In this document: piece after piece, positions 28,423 through 39,974 of the stretch | Layout: every line of letters begins with the position of its first letter | How positions within the stretch are numbered: the first letter of the stretch is position 1 | Assembly: GCA_050114795.1 (NCBI GenBank) | Contig: JASFRS010000003.1 | Location: 1 to 40,562, forward strand | Direction: 5' to 3' | Length of the DNA: 40,562 nucleotides | From: Sphingomonadales bacterium | Lineage (GTDB): Bacteria > Pseudomonadota > Alphaproteobacteria > Sphingomonadales > CAKZYD01 | Program-made: the position numbers and the translations under genes | Notes under the pieces: model-generated | What the model saw: the letters and a program-made list of their open reading frames with translations, nothing else | Databases searched by the model: none | Told to the model about the DNA's origin: nothing

Positions 28423-29126
28423 TTGGCGCTGTCCTCTTCTTTTTCTTCGTCCACACTTACGTCTTCATCCACAATGCTAGGAGCCGGACCTAAGACCGCT
28501 AAAACATTATTGGCCCTGGCTTTAACGCCTGGGGGGGCCGTCGGGTCAACAGACAGAATGTTCAGAATTTCACGCGCTTCCTCTTCACGGCTTTCCCGTA
28601 AATAAGACATTGCGATTAACTCATTCGCTAACGCCGCCCAACCGCTGTTAGATTGGGCTAACAATGCAAGCCGCTCCTGCATTTCATTACCGGAAAGCAT
28701 GTCAAATTGAGCGGATGCACTTAATATAATAGCTAAATCTTGCAGAACTTTCGGCGCGTCGCTGTCAGCAGCCACAGCATCATAAAGGGTGACAGCTTCA
28801 CCAACTTTATTTTCCAAGACAAGTAGCTTGGCTTGTGCCAAACGGCTTAGGACGCCATAGCCCTCGCTGCCTTTGTTCTGCAGCTCGACTAGATTTGCAA
28901 AGGCTTCGTTGATGCGTCCGTCATTCACTGCATTAAGCGCAGTTTCATAAATTTCCGCACGCGCCTGCCGCTGTTCCGACACATGTGCATTCCAGGCTTT
29001 AAAGCCTGCAACTGCGATCACCGTCAAAATAGCAGCGCCAATCAGCCAGGAGCCATAGCGCTTCCACAAATTCAAAAGCTGATCGCGGCGATAATCCTCA
29101 TCAACTTCGCGCAGAAAATCAGACAA
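28419..29126 (-). CDS. yfgM: YfgM-like TPR membrane protein (ancillary SecYEG subunit)
   Basis: DFLREVDEDYRRDQL..LWKRYG, single TM, TPR-like helices; TTG start after AGGAG. Confidence 0.8.
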   Translation of the reverse strand: MSDFLREVDEDYRRDQLLNLWKRYGSWLIGAAILTVIAVAGFKAWNAHVSEQRQARAEIYETALNAVNDGRINEAFANLVELQNKGSEGYGVLSRLAQAKLLVLENKVGEAVTLYDAVAADSDAPKVLQDLAIILSASAQFDMLSGNEMQERLALLAQSNSGWAALANELIAMSYLRESREEEAREILNILSVDPTAPPGVKARANNVLAVLGPAPSIVDEDVSVDEEKEEDSAK

Positions 29127-29219
29127 GAGCTTTTACTCCTCAATTTCGCTCTAATGTGGCGCGTACAATAGCCAAAGCAAGTCCATGAGCAAAGGCAAAT
29201 TCACGCATACCCAGATCAA

Positions 29220-30080
29220 CTATTTCTTTTTCGGGTAAATATAGTCATCTGAAGGAAAGGTCCTGCTTTTCACTTCTTCCGCATAAGTACCAACTGCGGC
29301 AGAAATACGATCAGCAAGCGTTTCATAGCGCTTCACAAATCGCGGCGTGCGCTCAAACAGGCCAAGCATATCCTCTGTAACCAGAACCTGGCCATCACAT
29401 TGGTCTGATGCGCCAATACCAATGGTCACAGTTCGCACGGACTTGCTGACCTCTGCAGCCAGTGGCTCGACAACGCCTTCGACAACCATGGCAAAAGCAC
29501 CGGCTTCATCCACAGCCTTAGCATCCTCCAATATCTGCGCCCATTCCTCATTCCCCTGCCCGCGCGCACGGTAACTGCCAAGACGATTAATTTGTTGCGG
29601 CATTAGGCCAATATGACCAACGACAGGTATTCCGCGATCAACGAGAAATTTAATAGTGGGTGCCATCGCAGCACCGCCTTCCAACTTCACACCTTGCGCG
29701 CCGGTTTCTGCAAGCACGCGTGCTGCATTCCGATAAGCCTGTTCCGGCGATTCTTCATATGTTGCAAAAGGCATATCAACGATAACGCAAGCATGCATGG
29801 ACCCGCGCACAACGGCAGCACCATGAGCAATCATCATGTCTAAAGTGACATGGAGTGTTGATGGTAAACCATAAATAACTTGCCCAAGACTGTCTCCAAC
29901 CAACAACATATCGCAATGTTCATCAAGGATTTGAGCATAACGCGCGGTATAAGCTGTAAGCATTACAACGGGTTCGCCATCTTTTCTTTTTGAGATATGA
30001 GGCGCTGCCAACCGCCGCATGGGCGAAGGCGTAGGATGCGCCCGCGATGTGGACGTATCCAATGTATAGGTTGTTGACAT
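29220..30080 (-). CDS. panB: 3-methyl-2-oxobutanoate hydroxymethyltransferase
   Basis: Start trimmed to MSTTYTL (ATG at 30080); [44 protein letters not shown]. Confidence 0.97.
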   Translation of the reverse strand: MSTTYTLDTSTSRAHPTPSPMRRLAAPHISKRKDGEPVVMLTAYTARYAQILDEHCDMLLVGDSLGQVIYGLPSTLHVTLDMMIAHGAAVVRGSMHACVIVDMPFATYEESPEQAYRNAARVLAETGAQGVKLEGGAAMAPTIKFLVDRGIPVVGHIGLMPQQINRLGSYRARGQGNEEWAQILEDAKAVDEAGAFAMVVEGVVEPLAAEVSKSVRTVTIGIGASDQCDGQVLVTEDMLGLFERTPRFVKRYETLADRISAAVGTYAEEVKSRTFPSDDYIYPKKK

Positions 30081-30215
30081 GTTACTGCTTCTCTTGATTG
30101 TTTTATTAAATCGTCTTTTACGCGCCGGCACCGCCACACTCGGCCAAAAACCCGTATTTCATCTAGAATACATCAACTTGTAGCATTATTTGCAAGCCTT
30201 AGAGCGGTATTTTAC

Positions 30216-31763
30216 TCATTCCCACTCAATAGTTCCCGGTGGTTTTGATGTTACGTCATAGACCACACGATTTACACCTCTGACCTCATTGATGATGCGT
30301 GTGGCGGTTCGGCCGAGGAAATTCATATCAAAGGGATAAAAATCCGCCGTCATACCGTCTGTTGACGTGACTGCGCGCAGGGCAAGCACATGGTCATAGG
30401 TTCGGCCATCTCCCATCACGCCAACTGTCTTTACGGGTAGCAACACTGAAAATGCCTGCCAGATCGCGTCATAAAGTCCGGCGTTTCGAATTTCCTCAAG
30501 ATAGATGGCATCTGCTTTTCTCAGCACATCACAGGCTTCTTTTGTGACTTCACCTGGAATTCGAATGGCGAGGCCCGGGCCGGGGAAAGGGTGACGGCCG
30601 ACAAATGCCTCAGGAAGTCCCAGCTCTCGCCCTAAATCCCTCACCTCATCTTTAAAAAGCTCACGCAGCGGCTCCACCAGTTCCATATTCATACGCTCTG
30701 GCAGGCCGCCCACATTATGATGTGATTTGATGGTAACACTTGGACCTCCGGTGAAGGATACACTTTCAATCACGTCGGGATAAAGCGTGCCTTGAGCCAG
30801 GAATTGTGCGCCGCCGATCTTAGCGGCCTCTTCCTCAAATACGTCAATGAATGTGGCACCAATAATCTTGCGTTTACGCTCCGGATCAGAAACTCCAGCC
30901 AGTTTGCCAAGAAACAAATCCTCTACATCCGCATGAACCAAAGGAATGTTGTAATGGCCGCGGAATAGCGAAACGACTTCTTCCGCCTCTGCCGCGCGCA
31001 TCAGCCCATGGTCCACAAAAACACATGTCAATTGATCGCCTATTGCCTCATGAATGAGAACAGCAGCAACGGCGGAGTCAACCCCTCCGGACAAGCCGCA
31101 AATAACCTTGCCATCCCCGACTTGCGCGCGGATTTCTGCGATTTTTGTATCGCGGTAAGCGGCCATGGTCCAATCTCCCCGACAGCCGCATATTTTATGC
31201 GCGAAATTCGAAAGTAATTTGGCGCCATCAGGTGTGTGAACCACTTCAGGATGGAATTGAACGCCATAATAATTTCGAGTTTTATCAGCAATCATTGCAA
31301 CGAGTGCGCCCTCTGAAGTGCCAATAACTTCAAAGCCTTCCGGGGCTTTAATCACATGGTCGCCATGGCTCATCCAGACCTGGTGCCGCTCCCCTTTTGA
31401 CCATAAACCTTTAAACAATGGACTATCACTAACGATATCAACCATAGCACGACCGAATTCTTGATGCTCAGACGTACTCACTTCCCCGCCGAGTTGTGCA
31501 CTCATGGTCTGCAACCCATAGCAGATGCCCAATACCGGTAAGCCGCTTGAAAACACAGCCTCGGGAGCGCGCGGTGTTTCCATGCCCAAAACGCTAGCCG
31601 GACCACCGGATAAAATAATACCCTTCAAGGCTTCATCCTTAAGGGCATCATCCGCAGCGTTAAAGGGCACCACCTCGCAATAAACGCCCGCCTCTCTGAC
31701 GCGCCGCGCAATTAATTGGGTGACTTGAGATCCAAAATCAAGGATAAGAATTTTCTGGTCCAT
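30216..31763 (-). CDS. guaA: GMP synthase (glutamine-hydrolysing)
   Basis: [44 protein letters not shown]. Confidence 0.99.
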   Translation of the reverse strand: MDQKILILDFGSQVTQLIARRVREAGVYCEVVPFNAADDALKDEALKGIILSGGPASVLGMETPRAPEAVFSSGLPVLGICYGLQTMSAQLGGEVSTSEHQEFGRAMVDIVSDSPLFKGLWSKGERHQVWMSHGDHVIKAPEGFEVIGTSEGALVAMIADKTRNYYGVQFHPEVVHTPDGAKLLSNFAHKICGCRGDWTMAAYRDTKIAEIRAQVGDGKVICGLSGGVDSAVAAVLIHEAIGDQLTCVFVDHGLMRAAEAEEVVSLFRGHYNIPLVHADVEDLFLGKLAGVSDPERKRKIIGATFIDVFEEEAAKIGGAQFLAQGTLYPDVIESVSFTGGPSVTIKSHHNVGGLPERMNMELVEPLRELFKDEVRDLGRELGLPEAFVGRHPFPGPGLAIRIPGEVTKEACDVLRKADAIYLEEIRNAGLYDAIWQAFSVLLPVKTVGVMGDGRTYDHVLALRAVTSTDGMTADFYPFDMNFLGRTATRIINEVRGVNRVVYDVTSKPPGTIEWE

Positions 31764-31859
31764 CGGCCTGCCAATGCGGTTGAATTTGGACCGGAAATTA
31801 GACGTGTTACTATGGAAAGTCCAGCCTTGTAACAGTTGTTTTAACTTCCGAAGAAAAGG

Positions 31860-32399
31860 TCAGTTCTGCGCTTGTTGAACTTGATCTTTCATATCTGCTT
31901 GTGCCTGCTGTTCACTGCTGTTTAAAACGGCTTCCTGCGTTTTCTTCAAGGTTTCCCCAAGCGCATGGTCAACATGCTCCAAGGCCTCACAGCCCTTTGC
32001 GCACAAACGCTTTAATCTGGTTAAATTACGTTCAGCCGCAGTGATTTTGCCTTCTTCCAAAAATCCAAGAGACTGAAGTTCAAGCGCATAGGTGCTATTG
32101 GGGTCAATATCCAATGCCAAAGCGTAATAGTCCATAGCCGTCTTTTTACGGTCCAAGGCCGCATGAGCGCGCCCTAAACCAATATAAGCCGAGACGTTTT
32201 TAGGATCAGACACAAGAGCACTTTCAAATATATGCAAGGCATTAAAAGCGTCCCCATCCTTCAATGCCACATCACCATTTTTGACCAGTTCTTGAGATAT
32301 CTTCATCCGAACACCAGATTGATCAGACGCATTCGCATCCCCAAGCCCGGTAATAACTGCAATAACCAAAACCAGAATGGATAATAGATATTTCAACAT
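31860..32399 (-). CDS. Exported tetratricopeptide-repeat protein
   Basis: Likely start MLKYLLSILV (ATG at 32399) giving a signal peptide; TPR-like units (SALVSDPKNVSAYIGLGRA, ALDIDPNSTYA) and a C-terminal CxxxC. Confidence 0.75.
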   Translation of the reverse strand: MLKYLLSILVLVIAVITGLGDANASDQSGVRMKISQELVKNGDVALKDGDAFNALHIFESALVSDPKNVSAYIGLGRAHAALDRKKTAMDYYALALDIDPNSTYALELQSLGFLEEGKITAAERNLTRLKRLCAKGCEALEHVDHALGETLKKTQEAVLNSSEQQAQADMKDQVQQAQN

Positions 32400-32477
32400 G
32401 GCACTTTCCCAACTTCTGCACATATATCTGCGCTTGGGGCTCTTCAACTCAAGCCCAATTCCCATAAAGTGTTGTTC

Positions 32478-33800
32478 TTAAGCGTTTAAACGCTCAAAAG
32501 TGGCAAAAAAGAAGCCGTCCACTCCGTGGCGATAAGGTGACAATAGCAAACACTGCTCCAAATATGAATGCGTTTCCGCCAAAGCCACCATATTTATATT
32601 GGGTAGAATGCCATGATAATCCATTAATTTCAGATCACCATTTCGTTTTAATGCAGCTTCGACCCGATGCTCCCCTTCTTCTTCGAGAAGGGAGCAGGTA
32701 ATATAAACAACCCGCCCTCCAGGTTTTACAAGCATGCAAGCTTCATCAATCAAATCATCCTGAAGCTTGGTGAATTTCTTGATATCATCCCGATCATAGC
32801 GCCAGCGCGCTTCGGGGTGGCGACGCCAGGTTCCTGTTCCGCTACAGGGCGCATCAACGACCACCAAATCCGCCTTGCCTTGAACGTCTTTAAACACATC
32901 CGCACGGCTTTTAAGATCGTGATTCAATAAATGTGTTGAAACACATGTAACTGCTGAACGTTTTAATCTCGGGTCCAGGTTCTTTAACCGTTGTAAACTT
33001 GTATCCGCTGCAAGAAGACGGCCACGGTCTTTCATCATGGCAGCAAGAGCTAAGGTCTTACCGCCTGCACCCGCGCAGAGATCAATAACGGTCTGCCCTG
33101 GCTGGGCCTCACATAAAGCTGATACGATTTGCGAGCCTTCATCTTGAAGTTCAAAATAGCCTGACCTGAACAAAGGGTGATTTTCCAAATAACGTTGCTC
33201 TTTCAAACGCAAACCCCAAGGCGAATGAGCACACACATCCAATTCAATCGATTCTTCCGCAAATCGAGTTTTAAGGTCTTCGCGCGGCAACGACAGGCTA
33301 TTTACGCGCAAATCAACCGGTGCACGCTCATTCAGCGACAGCCGAACCGCATCCGCACCCTCACCAAATCGCCTTTGAAGGCTATCCGCAAGATATGCGG
33401 GACAGTTCCATTTGGCCCAAAGCGGCGCGGTTTCCTGGTCAATGGTCTGCGCTAGAGCAATTAACTGCCGTTCAGAGTCGGCGATCTTAGCAGGCGCATA
33501 AGTCTCACCAGTAAATAAGTCCAGGAGTGATGCATCATTTAAAGCTAGATGACTGATAAGCAATCTGCGACCGTCACTCCCCTGTCCAGCTTCACCACAA
33601 ATCCATAGATATAAACCACGTGCACGCAATACGGCATACACATGATCAAAGACCGCACGGCGATCACCGGAACCAGCATAGCGCCGTGCCCGAAAAAACG
33701 CTTTCAATAAAACATCAGCTGCTGCACCTTGACGTGCGATGGACTCTTCGATTTCATCCAACGCCTCTATGGCACATTGCAGACGCGCCGCAGGCGTCAT
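32478..33800 (-). CDS. RsmB/NOP family RNA m5C methyltransferase
   Basis: MTPAARL, QDEGSQ, DLCAGAGGKTL, VDAPCSGTGTWRRHPE, YITCS, DGFF. Confidence 0.93.
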   Translation of the reverse strand: MTPAARLQCAIEALDEIEESIARQGAAADVLLKAFFRARRYAGSGDRRAVFDHVYAVLRARGLYLWICGEAGQGSDGRRLLISHLALNDASLLDLFTGETYAPAKIADSERQLIALAQTIDQETAPLWAKWNCPAYLADSLQRRFGEGADAVRLSLNERAPVDLRVNSLSLPREDLKTRFAEESIELDVCAHSPWGLRLKEQRYLENHPLFRSGYFELQDEGSQIVSALCEAQPGQTVIDLCAGAGGKTLALAAMMKDRGRLLAADTSLQRLKNLDPRLKRSAVTCVSTHLLNHDLKSRADVFKDVQGKADLVVVDAPCSGTGTWRRHPEARWRYDRDDIKKFTKLQDDLIDEACMLVKPGGRVVYITCSLLEEEGEHRVEAALKRNGDLKLMDYHGILPNINMVALAETHSYLEQCLLLSPYRHGVDGFFFATFERLNA

Positions 33801-33812
33801 GGCTCTTTCCTG

Positions 33813-35309
<1,497 letters not shown>

Positions 35310-35367
35310 CTACCTCCATTATTTAAAGTGGCGCTTATATGCCATTTCATTAGGCGAATTTCTACGC

Positions 35368-36057
35368 TTAATCTCGCCCTTTGAAATTTTTTGCAACCAC
35401 GAACCATTCCGAGGATTCAGCCCGGCTCGATGGCGGCTTTGCATGTTTAATCTGACCAAAATGATGCCTCATGCGCGCAAGCAGTTGATGATCCGTCCCC
35501 CCGCGCAGCACTTTAGCCACAAAATGCCCGCCCGGCTTTAGAACTTTAATCGCATAATCATAAGCGGCTTCGCACAAAGCCATGGTGCGCAAATTATCAG
35601 TGTTTTTATGACCAGTGGCGGCAGGTGCCATATCGGACAGCACTAAATCAGCCTCACCACTCAAAGCTTCAAAAAGAACTTCTTCTGCATCGTCATCGAG
35701 GAAATCTTTTTGGATAAAAGTGATGCCCGGGATCGGTTCAATTTCCAAAAGGTCCATAGCTACAATCTTCGCATCCGAATGCTGCTTAGCGAGATATTGA
35801 GACCAGCCACCTGGCGCAGCACCCAAGTCCACAATAGCTTTCGCGCCCTTTAAAATGCCAAACTGCTCATCAAGCTCAATCAGCTTAAAAGCCGCACGAG
35901 AGCGAAAACCCTGCCGCTTTGCTTCAGCCACATAAGGATCATTCAAATGCCGCTCTAGCCAGCGCGTGGAGGACACAGAGCGCCGATTCAACTTTCTGAC
36001 CCGAATTTTCGGCCCTCTTGATCGACCCAAAGAACTGCCTGATTTACGTTCTGCCAT
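35368..36057 (-). CDS. rlmE: 23S rRNA Um2552 2'-O-methyltransferase
   Basis: Start trimmed to MAERKS (ATG at 36057); WLERHLNDPYV, RSRAAFKL, DLGAAPGGWSQ, SDMAP, KPPSSR..SSE. Confidence 0.96.
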   Translation of the reverse strand: MAERKSGSSLGRSRGPKIRVRKLNRRSVSSTRWLERHLNDPYVAEAKRQGFRSRAAFKLIELDEQFGILKGAKAIVDLGAAPGGWSQYLAKQHSDAKIVAMDLLEIEPIPGITFIQKDFLDDDAEEVLFEALSGEADLVLSDMAPAATGHKNTDNLRTMALCEAAYDYAIKVLKPGGHFVAKVLRGGTDHQLLARMRHHFGQIKHAKPPSSRAESSEWFVVAKNFKGRD

Positions 36058-36058
36058 T

Positions 36059-37117
36059 TTATACATCCAATCCATCGGCCCGCATGAGGCCACGCAATAC
36101 GCCTTCGCGAATGCCGCGGTCTGCAACCCGCAACTTATGCGTTGGCCACAGGTCCAATATTGCTTCCAATATCGCACAACCTGCGACAACAAGGTCCGCC
36201 CTTTCCCGCCCGATACAACCTTGGTGCGTCCGTTCTTCGCAGGACATCGCGGATAATTGGGCGGATAATGTGCGCACGGAATCGCTTGTTAACCAAGCAC
36301 CATCCACTTTATTTCGATTATAAACTTTAAGCCCCAATTGAAGGCTGGCCAAGGTCGTTACAGTTCCTGATGTTCCAAGTAGGTTGCGAGCCGAGCCATT
36401 AGCAATCAAGTTCTGACAATCTGTATTAAACTCCACAAGTTCGTCACGCACAAATTCAACCATTTCAGCATATTCATGCGCAGCCATTGCGTGCGTGCCA
36501 AATCGTTCAGCTAATGTCACCACGCCTATGGGCAGGCTTATCCAATTAGCAATATCCAGCTCACCGTCTTTTCTATCAACGAGAATAAGTTCTGTACTTC
36601 CTCCGCCAATATCAAATACTAAAGATTGTTCCGCATCCGGATTAATCAGACTTTTACACCCCATAACCGCTAAGCGCGCTTCTTCCTTTGGGCTAATAAT
36701 ATCCAAGGCAAGCCCGGTCTCTTCGCGTACGGTCTCAACAAACTCGCCACAGTTTTCAGCCATACGGCACGCCTGCGTCGCGACATTTCGCATTAATGTC
36801 ACCTGGCGTCGCTCAACTTTTTCGGCACAGACCTTGAGAGCTTCAATTGTACGCTGCATTGCGTTTTGGGACAAAGAGCCTGTGCTTAAAACCCCCTCGC
36901 CCAATCGGACGATTCTTGAGAAAGCATCAATCACACGAAAGCCATTTGCATCCGGTCGCGCAATAAGAAGACGGCAATTATTGGTTCCCAAATCCAATGC
37001 ACTATAGACGCGCCGCGGCTGCATGCCGTTTCGACGGTTTCTGGCTGACATTTTAGATTTGCCAGGGCTGCCGGATGTTGTACTCCGACGCCTTCTATGG
37101 ACTCCCTGTCCATGCAT
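36059..37117 (-). CDS. ppx: Ppx/GppA family phosphatase
   Basis: ALDLGTNNCRLL, RIVRLGEG, ATQACR, DIGGGSTE, GTSGT, RADLVVAG, GIREG. Start uncertain (ATG at 37117 or 37051); the longer ORF to 37339 is unlikely to be real. Confidence 0.92.
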   Translation of the reverse strand: MHGQGVHRRRRSTTSGSPGKSKMSARNRRNGMQPRRVYSALDLGTNNCRLLIARPDANGFRVIDAFSRIVRLGEGVLSTGSLSQNAMQRTIEALKVCAEKVERRQVTLMRNVATQACRMAENCGEFVETVREETGLALDIISPKEEARLAVMGCKSLINPDAEQSLVFDIGGGSTELILVDRKDGELDIANWISLPIGVVTLAERFGTHAMAAHEYAEMVEFVRDELVEFNTDCQNLIANGSARNLLGTSGTVTTLASLQLGLKVYNRNKVDGAWLTSDSVRTLSAQLSAMSCEERTHQGCIGRERADLVVAGCAILEAILDLWPTHKLRVADRGIREGVLRGLMRADGLDV

Positions 37118-37140
37118 CGTGCGCAATAACCAATATTCTT

Positions 37141-37227
37141 TATCGTAAAGGGTGGTTGGATTAGACCCCACATACACCACCCCGGACTTAAAGACAGTCT
37201 TATCACGGCTATTGCCAACTACCAATA
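37141..37227 (-). other. Multi-stem (cloverleaf-like) element upstream of ppx; possible degenerate tRNA or structured leader
   Basis: Stems GGC/GCC, GACT-7 nt-AGTC, and GGGTGGT/ACCACCC with an inner TGG-GGTCTAAT-CCA; no CCA end. Confidence 0.3.
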
Positions 37228-37295
37228 ACCGATTGCAAAGGGCAGCCATGCAGTTTACCGCTAAAGACGTGGCAAAGGCCAAGGGGATAAAAGCT

Positions 37296-38423
37296 ATGCT
37301 GTCGGACTTGCGTTCTGCTTTCTTAATGCCGAGAGACATTTGTTATTTGAATGCAGCCTATATGGGACCAAGGCTCAAAAGCGTTGATGAAGCAGCACGC
37401 AAAGGTGTTGAGCGTTCAGCCACACCTTGGCAGATCACATCACAGGATTTTTTCACGGATGTGGAGCGTGCCCGCAGCTTATTCGCACAGCTCATTGGTG
37501 CAGAAACGCGCAATATTGCCTTGGTGCCTTCAGCCTCCTATGGCATTGAAACAGCCGCGCGCAATTTAAGCATCGGTTCGGGTGAAAAGATCCTAACGCT
37601 TGAGGGGCAATTCCCTTCAAATATTTATCCCTGGGCGCGACTGGCAAAGAAAAATGATGCCGAACTTATTCATGTAGCCGAGCCTGACAATGCGGACTGG
37701 ACGGCAGCAATTTTGGAACAGATGAGTGATGACGTGGCCATTGCTGCCCTGCCTCACTGTCATTGGACAAATGGCGCGCGATTGGATCTGTCTGCTATTT
37801 CAGGTGCCTGTGAAGCGCACGGCACCGCTTTAATACTTGATGTCACTCAATCTTTGGGAGCAATGCCCTTCAGCCTCAATGGTGTACATCCTGATTTCCT
37901 TGTCTGTGCCAGTTATAAATGGCTCCTTGGCCCCTATAGTCTGAGCTTTCTTTATGTGGCAGATGATCACCTCGATGGTGAGCCAATGGAGGAAAACTGG
38001 GTCAACCGACAAGGTTCCGAGGACTTCACCCGATTGGTTCATTACCGGGATACTTATCAAGATGGCGCTCGCCGCTTTGATTTTGGGGAACGCAGTAACC
38101 CCATTCTAGTGCCCATGGCCATTGCCGCAATAGAACAGCTTTTGGAATGGACGCCGAATGCAATTGCTGAACAGCTTAAGCAAATCAACACGCAGATCGC
38201 TGAACGTGCCGCCCAATATGGCTATCAACCAACCCCTGAAAGCGTATGTTCACCACATATGATTGGTTTACGCAAAGAAGATGGGCTGCCAGATGAGTTA
38301 CCCGCACGCCTCTTATCCAAAAACATTCACGTCAGCATTAGAGGCACAAGCATTCGTGTCTCCCCGCATCTTCATGTGGATGAACAGGATATCAACGGCT
38401 TCCTCGCCGCCCTAGCCGAGTGA
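37296..38423 (+). CDS. Class V PLP-dependent aminotransferase/lyase family protein
   Basis: Likely start MLSDLRSAF (ATG at 37296); YLNAAYMGP, QFPSN, HCHWTNG, LDVTQSLG, ASYKWLLGP (PLP Lys), IRVSPH. Confidence 0.88.
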   Translation: MLSDLRSAFLMPRDICYLNAAYMGPRLKSVDEAARKGVERSATPWQITSQDFFTDVERARSLFAQLIGAETRNIALVPSASYGIETAARNLSIGSGEKILTLEGQFPSNIYPWARLAKKNDAELIHVAEPDNADWTAAILEQMSDDVAIAALPHCHWTNGARLDLSAISGACEAHGTALILDVTQSLGAMPFSLNGVHPDFLVCASYKWLLGPYSLSFLYVADDHLDGEPMEENWVNRQGSEDFTRLVHYRDTYQDGARRFDFGERSNPILVPMAIAAIEQLLEWTPNAIAEQLKQINTQIAERAAQYGYQPTPESVCSPHMIGLRKEDGLPDELPARLLSKNIHVSIRGTSIRVSPHLHVDEQDINGFLAALAE

Positions 38424-38432
38424 ATGAGGATA

Positions 38433-39974
38433 TCAAATAATCCGCGCCAATAACGCCTGCGTTGACGGGTCCAGATCATCTGCGCTTTGCTCACCCGCTA
38501 ATATCGCAGTCAGGGTTTTTGCGAGCTGCTTGCCTAGCTCCACGCCCATTTGATCGAAGCTGTTTACGCCCCACAGGAACCCCGCAGTGAAAGTACGGTG
38601 TTCATAAAACGCCAATAGTGCGCCAAGAGCTTGCGCCGTCAACCGATCCAGCAATATCGTCGTCGAAGGTTTATTACCCGGGAATTCTTTGGCTTTATCC
38701 GAATTATCCTGGCCCTGCATCAAAGCAGCACTTTGACCAAAGCAATTGGCCAAGAGTTGCTGATGATGTGTTTCCCATTCATGGTCAGGCTTTAGAACTG
38801 CTATAAATTCCGTGGGAATAAGATGAGTCCCTTGATGCAGTAATTGGAACACAGCGTGCTGCGCATCGGTCCCCACACCGCCCCAGGTTATGGGTCCACT
38901 CGGATAATCAAGCGCCGCACCCTTAGCATCAACGCGTTTGCCGTTGCTCTCCATTTCCAACTGCTGGAGATAAGGCACAAGCAGTTTTAAGCGCTCATCA
39001 TAAGCGAAGGCTGCTCTTGTTTCCGCGCCCAGAAAACTCGCATAAAAAACATCAAGCGCCGCTGCTATCATCGGCGCATTTTCTTGAAACGATGAAGTTT
39101 TGAAATGAGTGTCCATTTGCGATGCGCCAGACAGCAAGGCACCGAAAACGTCATTTCCCAAGCCAAGAGCAATCGGCAGCCCTATTGTTGACCAAAGAGA
39201 ATAGCGCCCTCCGACCCAATCAGCGAAAGCGAAGATTTGTTCATCCTGCACACCAAAGTCTTTGGCCGCCTGAGGATTTGCAGTCGCTGCGACAACAGCT
39301 CCCATCGGATTTTCAACACCTTCTGAGGCGAGCCAGTCAAGCGCCGTGCGCGCATTGGTCAAAGTCTCGATCGTCGTAAAAGTCTTGCTCGCCACGATAA
39401 CAAGTGTTCGTGAGGCATTAAGTTTCGGCAGAAGCCCCGCCAAAGCAGCTCCATCCACATTAGAGACCACATGGACATCCATTTTTGGCCCAAGGTGTTG
39501 TAGAGCCTCGACCACCATCTGAGGGCCAAGTGCTGATCCCCCAATACCTAAGTGCAGGACATGATCATATTTTTGCTCAGTGTGAATTTGGTCCACAAAC
39601 TGCCGCATCTTAGACAGCTCAGCTTGAATGAATGGCGCAACAACGCTCCCGTCTGCTGCCTTTTCCGGCGCAAAAGAACCACGCAAAGCTGTGTGCAAAA
39701 CCGGACGGCCTTCGCTTGGGTTTAAAATCTCCCCGGCGAACAGACCTTGTTTTGCTGTCTCGAAGTCCTGACTTTCAAAAAATTGATCAAAGGCCTCAAG
39801 CAATTCATCCGTTAAATGCGTTTTGGAGAAATCAAACTCCAGCTTATCAACGCCTAATGTGAGTTTCTCGACCCGGTGCTCATCCTGTGCAAAAAGCTCA
39901 AGCAGATTGGCGTCTTTGGCTTTAGAGGCAAGAGTTTGCCAGTCTTTTTTCCGCTGTGTCATTCCATCTCTCAT
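38433..39974 (-). CDS. pgi: Glucose-6-phosphate isomerase
   Basis: LHTALR, GIGGSALGP, ASKTFTTIET, VGGRYSLWS, QQLEMESNGK, QHAVFQLLHQG, FDQMGVELGK; start 39974 (ATGA overlap) or 39962. Confidence 0.98.
   Translation of the reverse strand: MRDGMTQRKKDWQTLASKAKDANLLELFAQDEHRVEKLTLGVDKLEFDFSKTHLTDELLEAFDQFFESQDFETAKQGLFAGEILNPSEGRPVLHTALRGSFAPEKAADGSVVAPFIQAELSKMRQFVDQIHTEQKYDHVLHLGIGGSALGPQMVVEALQHLGPKMDVHVVSNVDGAALAGLLPKLNASRTLVIVASKTFTTIETLTNARTALDWLASEGVENPMGAVVAATANPQAAKDFGVQDEQIFAFADWVGGRYSLWSTIGLPIALGLGNDVFGALLSGASQMDTHFKTSSFQENAPMIAAALDVFYASFLGAETRAAFAYDERLKLLVPYLQQLEMESNGKRVDAKGAALDYPSGPITWGGVGTDAQHAVFQLLHQGTHLIPTEFIAVLKPDHEWETHHQQLLANCFGQSAALMQGQDNSDKAKEFPGNKPSTTILLDRLTAQALGALLAFYEHRTFTAGFLWGVNSFDQMGVELGKQLAKTLTAILAGEQSADDLDPSTQALLARII

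Noticed and set aside
30081-30215. Possible riboswitch or regulatory leader upstream of panB
   Set aside because: Only a short GC-rich patch and a 5-bp dyad (GTATT/AATAC); I could not build a convincing structure or known motif.
31805-31834. TGTTAC-N18-GTAACA dyad upstream of guaA
   Set aside because: A 6-bp dyad with a long spacer matches no operator I recognise, and no purine riboswitch core is visible.
37141-37227. Calling an intact tRNA gene here
   Set aside because: No 7-bp acceptor stem with NCCA, the T-loop deviates from TTCGAAT, and arm spacing is wrong. Kept only as a low-confidence finding.
37118-37339. Apparent bidirectional overlap of the ppx ORF (to 37339) and the PLP-enzyme ORF (from 37152)
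   Set aside because: Both extensions lack family motifs. Better starts at 37117/37051 and 37296 leave an ordinary divergent intergenic region.
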